Part shown: positions 49,633 to 61,108 of the stretch, in pieces
Layout: each line of letters opens with the position of its first letter
How positions within the stretch are numbered: the stretch's first letter is position 1
Assembly: GCF_036321535.1 (NCBI RefSeq)
Contig: NC_087447.1
Span: forward strand, 50,098,001-50,162,000
Direction of reading: 5' to 3'
Length of the DNA: 64,000 nucleotides
DNA from: Camelus dromedarius
Lineage: Eukaryota
Position numbers and translations under genes: made by a program
The notes under the pieces: generated by a model
The model's database searches: none
What the model was told of the DNA's origin: nothing
What the model saw: only the letters and a program-made list of their open reading frames with translations

Positions 49633-52600
49633 ATACATGTCCCTAAAGGGAGAGCAGCAGCAAGAAAAAAAGGAGGGTTTTATTTGTAAGGAGGGCAGAT
49701 AATGCCCCTCTGGAAAGGGGAGATCTTAGAACTATGGACAAAGCTGAGTGTGGGTGCCGCAGCCCTGAACTCAGAGACAAGGCCTAGTTGGATTAAGCAG
49801 TTCTCTTAGTTTTAAGTTGCAATAAATCAGCTGTTCTGAGCTGTTCTGTTAAGACTTTCAGGTGACCTTAGGCCAAAAGACTTATTCACCCTAAGGACAT
49901 GGTGTTCCATGGAATCCCTGGGAGGGGTGAGGGCCAGCCTTGGTCTCCTGAGAATTAGAAAAACAGCCAGGAGTTGAGGGGGGAGGGCCAGGGTGCTTCT
50001 TATCACTGACTCTCTGCAGAGCCTTCCTGAACTCATAGGGGAGGACAGACCCCTCAGGATTCCTTTCATGTGTCCCTTAACATTGGCCATATTGGGAGAC
50101 TGAAGGCCAGGGCTGACTCTGAACCCCAAACCCCCAATTCAGCAAGAGAGCATGTGATTGGGCCAGCCCGGGTCACGTGTCCATACTGCCCCAATCAGGA
50201 GTCAGGATTGCAGATGGGTAACCATGGCTACCAGGGCCCCACCCTCAGTGTGACCCAGGGGGAGTTCTCAGGCTTCTCTGCTCACCCAAGAGGGTGTCTA
50301 CCTACCAGCAAAAATCAAAGATTAATCGAACTAAGAGGAGGAAATAAGTTCACAATGATATAAAAGGAGTATACACGACACATTTTAAGAAAAACCTAGG
50401 CACAGAGGAAATCCAAAGTAGGATAAGGAAAAAAAAAAACAGACACATTCCAAAGCTCTACCGCTAGCTCACCGGGCCACAGCCGAGCCCTCTCCAGGCT
50501 GGTGTTCCAGCTGAAAAGAGCAGAGAGCTGAAGCCCTGGCTGCCTGGAATGGGGGAACCCCCCACTCCCCCACTAGCCTTCCCCACTCACTACTGTACCC
50601 CCTGGCAGTCTGATCACCTCTCTGAGACTCCATTCTCTCCTCTGCGGAGTGGCAGCGCTAATCAGCCTTACCTCTCAGGGCAGTGGTCAGGACTAACCCT
50701 GAGGATGCATTTTAATAGGGGCTGGCCCAGGGTCTAGTGAACGACAGGCACTCAGCATTTGCTAGTTCCCCCCATGACTTTCCTCCTACACCAGGGTCCC
50801 ACTGACTTTAAATAAAGGACCTGCCCGCTTGGTGAAGATCAGCCTGAGGTGCCCCTTGCCTCCCCTCATGAGTGTTAGGGCCTGGTTTACCTTCAGCTGC
50901 CATTTCCCTTGGAAGTCAGACACACATCCAAATGTGAGCACAGACTGCTGGCCCAGGATCCCCAGCTGAACATTACTAGTGTCTAATCCAGTGCTCTAGG
51001 AGGTGCTAAGGGCCCCACGAAGGCCAGCTACCATCAGTTTAGCATGCCCACGGCCTTCACGTTGCTACTCTGGAAACTTTGGCGCTGGACTGGTCTCCTC
51101 ACCTGCCTCATTCTCTGGTGGCCGCTGGAAGAGAGCAAGCCCTCTGTGGATGTCTGTCAGGCAGACGAAAACACAGGCCTGGAGCAGCGCTCCTGCACCA
51201 ACTGGCTGCTGGCTCAGGGAATAGAAATTCCATCTGCCTGGGTCTCTGAGGGAGGGCCGCTCAGCACAGGCCTGGGAATCTCATGCCCCTTGGGGAACCT
51301 GGAGCCCTGAGTTCATGTCTGACCCCTCCTTCCCTGTCCCAGCCTAGCCTGGGGCAGCTGGGGACACCCAGTTCCTCCTGGAATCTCTGTTTGGGTTTGG
51401 TTTGGGGTTGGAGTTTGTTTCCATTCAGGACAACTTGATCCCAACCCAGCCCCCAAGTTACCACCCCTACATCCCTGCCTGTCTGGAGGGGGCTGGACTT
51501 TGCCCACATGCTGACAGGGCAGACTCCTTGGGACCTCCTACCAAGGGCACAGGAGATTCAGTTGACTCTGAAGTCCTGAAAGGAGGCCCCCCTGCCTCAA
51601 CCCCCTCTCCCACAGTGAGTACATAAGTCAGAGGTTGTGAAGCCAAATGACATCCATTGGAGTAAAACAGAAAAAGAAAAAAGGCCCAAGAAGACAGAAC
51701 AGCTGGGGTAGAGAAACCTCTGGACCAATTCCTTACTGTGTGACCTGAAAGGAGACACTCAACCTCTCTGAGAGGCAGCTGAAATGACCGCATGAATACC
51801 TGACCTGTGAGGAGGCACATGTGACAACGACCAGGTGACCAGGACGGTCCCTTCCAATGCACAGTCAATACTATTATTTGTCTTTAATGTGTACGGATGC
51901 CTTTGGCCCACACTATGCTTTAGTTAAAAAGTGAATATATTTTAGTCCTACCCGCCAGGAAACAGCAGGCCTGGGGTCTAAGTCCTAGATGAGTAAACTA
52001 AGCCTCAGAGAGCACGCCCAGGAGCCGGGGGGGGGGGGGGGCTGGGTGCTGAACCAACAGTGTTACTGCCTGTGCTCTACAGACAGGAAACTGAGGCTCA
52101 GACAGTTACACAAGTGTCCCAGGTTTATTGCCAGGGAGGGTATGTGGGGTGGAGGCAGACACTCGAGAAAGACTTAACCAGATGTGTTATCTGCCCCTTC
52201 CCTGGTGGGCCTGAGATCAAGATCCTCTGAGATCAAGGTCCTCAGTGTGGCTTATGGTCTTGGCCCAGCTTTGTCCCGGTCACCTGGTTTTCCTGCCCTC
52301 ACCTCTGAATCCTGTCAGGTTACCAGAGCTCTCCAGAGAGTCCGGCACTGTTCAAGCCCCTTTTTCACATCGGGAGAAAGCCTAGAACATAAGACTCAAG
52401 CTACTCATCAGTTGACTGTTCACCTACAATTATCATTCCCTTGCTGCTGTGAAACTGGAGGTCAGAGAAGCTGAGGGCTTTGTCCAGGATCGCATGGTGT
52501 GGCATCCTCAGAACTGGGGTCAGACTCAGGTCTGTCTGTCACCAGAGGACTGAGGACGTTGGGGTCTTGTCTAGGGCAGCGGCCCTGACTGGGAGGGCCA

Positions 52601-52649
52601 CAGCCTTCCCTACTTCTGCTTGCTGTGTGACCTTGGACAGAGGGTTTTC

Positions 52650-52955
52650 ATAGTTTCTTAAACCACAAATGTTTATTTCTCACAGTTCTGGAGGCTGGGA
52701 AGTCCAAGATCAAGGTGCTGGCTGACAGTGTCTGCTGAGGGTACTCTTCTTGGTTTGCAGATGGATGGTTTCTTTTCGTGTCCTCACATGGTAGAGAGAA
52801 ATCCTCTCTCTCCTGTCTCTTCTTATCAGGGCACTAATCCCAGCAAGGGGGCTCCACCTGCATCACCAATTACCTCCCCAAGGCCCTACCTCCAAGTACC
52901 ATCACAGTGGGGATTAGGGCTTCAATACATGGAGTTTACACAAATATTCATTCCA
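52650..52955 (-). mobile_element. MLT1A-like LTR (partial)
   Basis: Shares ttatttctcacagttctggaggctgggaagtccaagatcaaggtgctgg and downstream blocks with the 25.96 kb copy. Confidence 0.8.
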
Positions 52956-53429
52956 CGGCACATGGATACTGCAGGAGGTGAACTCAGGTCCAACCTGATG
53001 TTTTTGGCACCAACTTGCCGGGGATTCTAGGATTCCATATGCAAAGATTCCATGTTATGAAAGGAATCTCTGGCTTTAATGTAATGTTATAGTAAGATAT
53101 CATTAGTGTGGCTTTCTGATTCAACAGTTGTAGAATTCTAGCATTACATTAGTCTAAGCTTCCATTATCCTATGATTCTAAGGCTTGAGAATTCTACATG
53201 CCCTGAGAGCTTGGGCTCTGAGGAATAGGAAAATCCAGTTGATGGTACGAGGTGGGGGGTGGGTGGGAAGTGGTAAAGAGGAAGCTTTTCCATCCTATGG
53301 ACTTTTCTAACAACAATGAGCAATGCGTTGTTTGGTTTTCATTGCATTCAAAGGAAAGCTCTGGGCTTGGCCAAGCCACATCACACTGTGAGTTCACTTG
53401 CCCCAGGCAGGACAACCCAGGGAGCCAAA

Positions 53430-53516
53430 AGAGAAGGAGGAGGAAGGGAGGAAGAGGTGGGGAGGAGGGAGGAGGGAAGAGGGGCGGGAGGGGAGGAGGA
53501 GGGAAGAGGAAGAGGC
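53430..53516. repeat. GGA-rich purine low-complexity tract
   Basis: About 85 nt of almost pure A/G sequence. Confidence 0.85.
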
Positions 53517-54744
53517 AGCATCATCCTACTGGGCCGGAGGTGGCCAGTGTTCCATCCCCTTCTGTGAGGGTCTGAGTTGTGTCTGGCTCTGTGCTGGACA
53601 CTAGAGGCCTGTGTCACTCTTCTCTGGTCCTCACACACCAAGCTAGGAGTGGCCAGCCAAGAGCAGGGACAGACACAGAAGAAATTACCAGATGAGAACA
53701 GAAGCAGGGGGTGCGGAGGAAGTCAGGAAGGGCTTCCAAAAGGAAGTAACATTTGCTTTGGGAGTTGAGGGCAGTAGATCAGCAAGGGAAGGGTGCCCAA
53801 GAGTCAGGGGAATGACAGCTGGTTCCATGTGGCTAGAGGCTAAAAGGAGAAGGCAGGAAGTAGTGAGAACTGGGGTTACAGAGTCCCTGGCGGTCAGTCC
53901 ATGCAGGGCCTTGACTGCCATGATAACCTTGAACTCTACTCTGAGGGCAGCAGGGAAACAGGACTTTTTTTTTTGTTGGTGGAGGGTGGTCACTGGGCAC
54001 CCTGAGAATGTCACAGCTGTGGGGCCTAAGATCATGGGGTCCAAACCTTACTATACCTGAGAGGAGATGAGGTCCAGAGAGCGAGATGGCTCACGGCTCA
54101 CAATCACCCAGGGCGTCAGCAGAGCGAGGGATACCTCCCGGCCCACCCCTCCATCAGCAGATTCTGGCACAGGTGGTCGGGGCAAAACAGGGGCACTTCC
54201 CCTGAAATCTGTCTCTCCTTGGCATCCAGGCCTAGGTCCCAGCAGGGACCTTTCCTTTGATGGCAGGAATCCCGTCTGTGCCTCCTGGCCTAACACCCAG
54301 CAGGACCAGGCTGCCCAGTCTGAGCCCTCAGGGGAGCATTTACACCCTCACCCTGAGGCTCGGGGGACACCAGGCCAGGATGATAGATGGGCACAGTCTG
54401 AATAGTCTTCGGTATAAAGGGGAGAGAAGAGCAGGAGTGCAATATAACAACAACATGGAAGTCGAACCACAAGAAGCCATCAAGAGAGCCACAGGCTGGT
54501 TGGTGTGGCTTCTGGACGCTTGACTCCAAGGCTGAAGGAGAAAGATGCAGTGGCTCTCATTCCCACCAGGTACCTGCAGGCTCAAGGATGTGGACACCCA
54601 CTCCATACTCATGGCTCCAATGAGGAGGAAACAGGTGGGAATCACTGGCTCAGAGGCAAGGAAAAGAAGAAAAGTTCTGGGAATACTGAGAGAGGGTTGA
54701 ACACAGAAAAGACTACGGAACAACACTGAATGATAAAGGGAGGA

Positions 54745-55315
54745 ACTAGTGATGCATAGTAACCCAGATGGATCTCAGGATTACAGTGAGTATAAAAAAC
54801 CAATCTCAAAAGTTCCCGCACTGTTTGATTTCATTTACGCAACATTCTTGAAATGATAAAATGACAAGGATGGAGAATAGACTGGTGGTTGCCAGGAGTT
54901 AGGGATGGTGGGACTGGATGGAAGGAATCTGGTGACACAGGTGGGACCAAGAGGAGCAGACAGGTGTCCAGAAGGGTGGGGACTGTGAGGGGATCAAGGA
55001 GAAGGGGGAAAGTGAGGCAGCAGATGCAAAGGGCCGGTACGTGGGCAGGCAGGGCGGTGAGGCTCTAAGGGGCAGCATGATGGGGATCTTTGTGGAGATG
55101 GAACAATTCTGTAGCTTGATTGTGGTTGTGGTGACACGAATCTCCACATAGGATGAGATGACAGAGAACTACACACACGCATTACATCAGGGTCAGTGTC
55201 TGGATTTGCTGTTGTATTAAAATGATCTAAGGTGTAACCATCGGTGGAAATGGGGTAAAGGGGATACAGAATCTTCACAACTTCCTGTAGAGCTACAATT
55301 ATTTCAAAATAAAGA
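54745..55315 (+). mobile_element. L1M 3' fragment
   Basis: gatggatctcagga...ggagaatagactggtggttgccagg...ctacaattatttcaaaataaa L1MB/MC-type 3' UTR. Confidence 0.7.
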
Positions 55316-55323
55316 GGTTTTTT

Positions 55324-55463
55324 AAATTTTATCTTTTTTAAATATACTTTTAAATATACTTTTAGTTTTTGTTGAGGGGGAATTAGGTCATATATTTATT
55401 TATTTTAATGGGGGCACTGGGGATTGCGCCCAGGACCTCGTGCATGAGCTCTACCCTCCCTGC
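55324..55463 (-). mobile_element. Second, more diverged tRNA-derived SINE (Vic-1-like)
   Basis: ggggaattaggt...aatgggggcactggggattgcgcccaggacctcgtgcatg, flanked by taaagag(g)tttttt at 55310 and 55464. Confidence 0.75.
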
Positions 55464-55799
55464 TAAAGAGTTTTTTTGTTTTTTTAGAGAATCAAGTGGC
55501 TACAGTTATGAGGGTCTATTTGTGGACTCTATTCAGTGCCATTGATCTGTGTGTCTGCCCTTTTGTCAATAGCACACAGTCTTGATTATTGGAGGTATAT
55601 GAATCCAAAGCAGGTAGGTGATTCCTCTCATTTTATTACTCTTTTTTTCAAAATTATTTAATTTCCTGTGAATCTATAAGCAGTCCGAAATGAGAATTAT
55701 AAAAAAAAAAAGCCACCCAGAAAGGACACTGAGGGCAGAGGGAGAGCAGAGAGGAGGGAGGTGCTGATGATCACTCTGAGGGGCACTCCCTCTGGATAG

Positions 55800-57720
55800 A
55801 TGACCCAGGGAGAGTGGGACACGTAAAGAATTGTTTACCACTGTTTTTGAGATTTGCAACTTGTTGGGGCTCAATCATTGAAAATGCAGTCTTTTTCCTG
55901 GTAGTGTGGCAACAGACACCCATTCCCATTTGGATCATGGAAACCACCCTGCACGCTCGGCACAGCTGCCAAGGCCTCCTTAGGATGGGATGGAGCCACA
56001 CCTGGGCCCTCTGGCATATTCCACCTGCAGGAAGGGGTGGCTTTTCCTGTCCTCAGTTCCTTGCCAGATGTCATGGTGCTGGAGGAGCTCACCCCTCCCC
56101 TAGATCCCTCAGCTACATGGGAAGCCCCTTGGGACAGGAGAATGGGCACTGTCAGCTGGTGTGCATGACAAGCCCAGTGGAATCCACTGCTTTCCACCCT
56201 GTAGCCTGAATGTCCTTAATAAAGGATGGGCCCCAAGAAACAACACACTAGGCCAGACTTCAGGCAGCCAGTGGTCTTAGCACTGGGTGCTCTGGCCAAC
56301 AAATGATGTCATCTTCACATTTATTATAAACTCTCGGGCCATTACCTAGAAATTGTCCGCTTCAAGATCAAGAGCTCTGGGAATCTCTTGCCTCAAAGAT
56401 ACCCACAATATAAATCAAAATCACACAGGTCTCCACATACACTGAGATGACACTACGGGCCTTGTCAGGACTCTCCTTATTCCCTTCCAAGTTACAGACT
56501 TACTGGTAGTGACCAAGACACACGTTTTCACTTCTCAAAATACACAATGCTTGGCCCTTGGAAGAGGCAGTCAAGAGAACATTGATGTTCCCGAAAGGGC
56601 CCAGATAGCTGGTTTAACTGAGAGACAGAACGGTCTCCTCAAACAACTTCTTTTAAGATTCCAATCTAGCAAATAAACTCCTAAATGAGTCTCTGTCTTG
56701 ACCCAGGTCTTAACCTATCTTTATAAATTTTCAATCTTGTCCCCATCTTGTCGTGGCTGGAGGCCATACCAAGGGCGCATACTCCCCTAGGACCCCTTAA
56801 CCCTGGTGGTCCCACAGGCCAGGCAGCTGCTCCTGATACAGGACTCGTGTGAACCTAAACTTCCACCCAAAACAAAAACCTGCCGGGGCAGCTGCACACC
56901 ATTCTGGTGACTGTGGTCTTCTTGCCATTGGCCTGGGAGTGTTGAGGGATTTATAATCCAGAGGCCCAAACTCTCCAAATAAGCCACAGTTTCTACCAAA
57001 CATAGCAGGTGTTGAGGCCCACAGGAGCTAGTGAGTCCCCACTTGGAAAGGATACTCCAGTCCCACATCCCAGATGACATCGCCCTGGCCCAGAAGCTCA
57101 CTGCTGGAGATGACATTGCCTCAGAAACTCCATCACCTCTACAAACTAAAATACTGCAGGTACTGACTGTGACATCCCTCCCATCAAATCCTGCTTTTAG
57201 CCTGACTCTGTCTGTCCATTCTGGGCAGGATCCACATTGGCTTCTCATCTCTGTGCTGGCCACACCCTCTCTGGGCAGCTTCTGGCCACCCAATGGGGCT
57301 CTCAGTCCTCCCTAAATGTTTCATGTCTGTTTAGATGCCACACAGCTGGGCCTCCCAGAGCCCACCTCTCTGACTCCCAGACCTGGGTCACCAGACTCAA
57401 AGCCGTTGTGGCTGTAGAATCATTTGGCCAAGTCTGCCCTCCACGGGTGGTGGTATATTTGCCTACAAGACGACGGGGCTGAGTTTCTAGACAGGACTTC
57501 ACCCAGGTCCAGAGGAACTGCTCATCTGTCCCAGACCATCTACCTTCCTGGAAACCACTGAACTTGACCCAACCATGTAACAATGTTGTAAAGGCCTTAG
57601 TGTCTGATAATGGTAGATAATCCCACCCAAACCAACCCTCTCTTCTAGAGGACTTACTGGGGACAAAGTCAGACGCTGGGGAAGCAGCACTCAGGATAGA
57701 ATTTTAGGCAGGGGGCAGGC
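55800..57720 (+). mobile_element. Decayed ERVL-class (class III ERV) pol remnant: RT-connection/RNase H/integrase
   Basis: Translated fragments appear in pol order: ATCWGSIIE (55856-55882), GATPGPSGIFHLQEGVA...ATWEAPWDR (55992-56138), SDQDTRF/TSQNTQ (from 56508), AQIAGLTERQNGLLKQ (56599-56646). They resemble the recalled ERVL motifs ACYWALVE, AGPEGTSKLHEEVA, SWGVPYDQ, SDQGTHFT and AAGLIERWNGLLK. Frameshifts and stops are present, and boundaries are approximate. Confidence 0.72.
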
Positions 57721-60492
57721 CAGAGGAGATGATTCTTTTAGGCTACAGAGTCACCAAAACCCCTGAAATCACATAATAGCAAAATGTCAGTCATGGGCAG
57801 AACTTCAAAGCAATCTCCATCCATGAGCTCACTGAAATCTTCCAACACTTTTGAACAAGGGCAGGAATGAATTTTCTCATCTCATGGAACCCGAGGCTCA
57901 GGGACGTGTCATGACTTGTGCAGCATCCTGCAGCAAATAGAGACTGGTGCTTGGGACAGTGGAAATCCATGGGTTGTGGGCAGAGAGACCCTGGTTGAAC
58001 TAGTCACTTCACCTCTCTGGATCTCAATCTCTTAATCCATCGTATGAGGCTAATAACCCCTACTTCACAGGACTGTTGGGGGGGGGGTCATATCAGCAAA
58101 TGTCTATAAAATACCCGGCTCATTTCTGGTGGCTGGCCTTGTAATTGGGGTCATTGTTAGAACTCAGCTCCCCTCCCAGCATCCATGCTTGCTACTCAGG
58201 GAGTCAGCCAGAGGGGTTGGGCACTGAAACAGCCCTGTGTCTCTCCAACTCTGCTGATGGGCCCCCCAGCAGCCTACCAGTGCTGTCATGATGGAGGCAG
58301 CCAGGGGACCTCCTCTGAAATTCAGAGTGGCTGGGCCCCAGGACTGGGCCCAGTGTCCAGTGTGAAGCAGTATCCTCTAATTGTTGACATCTCCACGGTT
58401 GGACTTGAGTTCCCTGCTCCAGCAGACACCATACTCCAGCCTAAGCTTCAGAATGTAGCATCGGTTCCTCCCACGGGCCCCTGGGTGTGGATCCTGGATC
58501 TGTTGTGGGATCCTGGATAAGCTTTTAAAACTCTCTAAGCCCCAGTTATCTTGTCATTAAAATAAGAAATATAAAACCTAGCTGTAAGGTGGTTGTGAGA
58601 TCAAAATGCAAGAAGGCATGGACAGCAATTAGCTCAGCACCTAGAATGCAGTTGGGCACTAAAGTGTGAACTTTGATGATGGGCACTCCGTAAAGAGTCA
58701 TTGAATTGATGGGCATCCCCCCACTCATTTTACAGAAGAGGAAAACTGAGGTCTGGACAAAGGAAATGACTGGCTCACTCCAGCAGCTAGTATCTAGAGT
58801 GCTCAGAAGTCAGAGCTCTGGCCACCTCCTTCCCAGTCTTTATTTCTTCCAAAAGGCTGTTTCTGATTGGACTTAGGGCAAATCATTAGTGTCTCTGCCC
58901 ATTTAGCAAAGCCCAGAGCGTCTGGATCCACCCACACAGCTGCAAGTGGACAAGCCTGAAGAAGGGGAAAGGAGACACGAATCCTGGTCTCTCTCCAGCC
59001 CATCCCCAAGTCTGGACATTCCGGAAGCCACACCCTGTCCCCAAGTCCCTCTGGAAAGCTTGGCAGCCTTATCTGAAAAGGGGAGGAGAAGGGGTTCTGA
59101 AGTGAGCCAGGAGGAGGAAAGCAGATCAGAGGTGGATACAGCTCGCCCCACGTGACCCCAGCCACAGCTTGTAAGCTCTTGCTGTCCTCCCAGACTGTGG
59201 ACAGCCAGTGAGAACTGGCTCCCAGCCCTGACTCTGTCCTGAACTCGATGGATGACCGTGAGTAAACCATTCCTCCTTTCTAGGCCTCAGTTTCCCCATC
59301 TGCAAAATGGGAAGTTGAAATCGAGCAGGGAGTCCTCAGTCCATTGGTAGGAAGCAGTTTCCAGAATAAGGCCTGTGACCTCCCTGCCCACAGGCCCCAC
59401 ACCCACCCTCAAGTGTCCAAGAATCTGGCTGTGTTATTTCATTTATCATCCTTGTGGTTTGCAGGTACCATGGCCGGCAGGCTGATTACTCAACAGGCTT
59501 ATTACACTATTCAGTGACTAATAGATTCTTTTTCTGTTTGTGTTTTAAAGCCATAGCAATAACACTGGCTCTCAATGACACCGCTGAAATCACCATTATT
59601 CAGCCCGACCCTACCTACACGAGAAACAGACCAGCAGAAACATCCCGTCTAGAAACAGGGGTCCTCTGCTTCGCTCACGGTGGGAGCAGATTCTCTGATA
59701 GGGAAGCTGGTGTCTGTCGGGGTGGGGGTTGGATTTATGAACTGTTGAGAAGCATAGGATTAGGTCATTTCTCTGGTCCCTTCCAGCTCAGACCTACCCA
59801 TTGGCCTCATCAAAGGGAGGAGATTTGAACCGATACCATCTTCCCTTTGAAAGTTCATGTGTGGGGTTAAGAGCCGGGCTGGAAGTCAGACAGCCTGGCT
59901 TGTGGTCCTGGCTCCACCACTTGCTAGCTGGGTGACCTTGGGCAAGTCCTATCCGCTCTCTGAGCTGGTCTTATCTGAAAAATGGGGAAAATAATGTGAC
60001 CTCTCACTGGAGGTGGAGACGGCAGAAGACCAGGAAGTAACACATGACAGGCACTTGGCACAGGGCTTGAATTAGAGCAGGAGCTCAAAAGTTGTGCATT
60101 GTTACCTTCAGGTAAGCGCGGAGCCCTGGGGAGCGGGCTGCAGCTCACCAGGGAAGACTTGATGGAAGACTCAACCCCCCAGAGGGAGGAAGTGGGGGCT
60201 GCATCCTGCCCTCCAGGAGGGGGAAGAGGGAGCAGAACCTTCTGGTGCTGCCTGACACCCCCTCACAGGCCTCCTCACAAGGATTCAAAGCGCCCAGGAG
60301 CCTGCTCCTCACTTACCACAGGCAGGAGGTCCTTACCTACAACCAACAACCGTCTGCAGGCCTTCCCCTCCCTCTGTGGGTCTCCCTCCCATGGGGCCCA
60401 ATGCCCCCTTTATTATGCTGAAACAATAGTATGAACCGGTCTCCACGGATAATAGAGCCAGCCTCCACACACCATGAAAAAGCCAGTATAAC

Positions 60493-61108
60493 CAGTGGTG
60501 AGCTGGTAAATGTTAAACAATCAAATCTCTGAAGGGAAAAATAAACTTGATTCATACAGGCATGCCATGTTTTATTGCGCTTCGCAGATACTGTGTTTTT
60601 TACAAACTGAAGGTTGGTGGCAGCCCGGCGTCGAGCATTTTCCCCACAGCATTGGCTCACTTCATGTCTCTGTGTCACGTTTTGGTAATTCTCACGGTAT
60701 TTCAAACTCCCCACTGGCAAGATTATGACTCACTGAAGGCTCAGATGATGGTTAGCATATTTTAGCAATAAAGTATTTTTTAATTAAGGTAAGTACATTA
60801 TTTTTTTTAGACATAATGCTGTTGCACACTTAACAGACTACAGTATAGTGTAAACATAACTGTTATATGCACCTGGAAGCCAAAAAATCTGTGTGACTTG
60901 CTTTATTGCAATATTTGCTTTATTGTGGTGGTCTGAAACCGAACCCACAACATCTCCAAGGTAGACCTGTATTTTTTGCCAGTTTCTGTGGTGTGAATGC
61001 TTCCACGAAGGCTGATTTCAGACTACCAACATGATGACACTGAATGCAGAACGGGGAAGAAACGCACCCCCATCCGCTCTCGTGTGACTTGGCTCCAGCA
61101 CACTACTG
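60493..61108. mobile_element. MER63-like hAT MITE, interrupted by Tigger1
   Basis: TIRs CAGTGGTGAGCTGG (60493) and CCAGCACACTACTG (ends 61108). The flanking 8-mers agtataac and aataaaac match at 6 of 8 positions. Confidence 0.7.
60557..60969. mobile_element. Internally deleted Tigger1-type (TcMar) element
   Basis: TA|caggcatgccatgttttattgcgcttcgcagatact ... atctccaaggtagacctg|TA; Tigger1 termini with TA target duplication. Confidence 0.88.

Noticed and set aside
53020..53200. Scattered GATTCTA/GATTCCA units resembling a spaced repeat array
   Set aside because: Short, irregular and degenerate; most likely a decayed MIR3/L3-type tail or simple repeat, not a CRISPR-like array.
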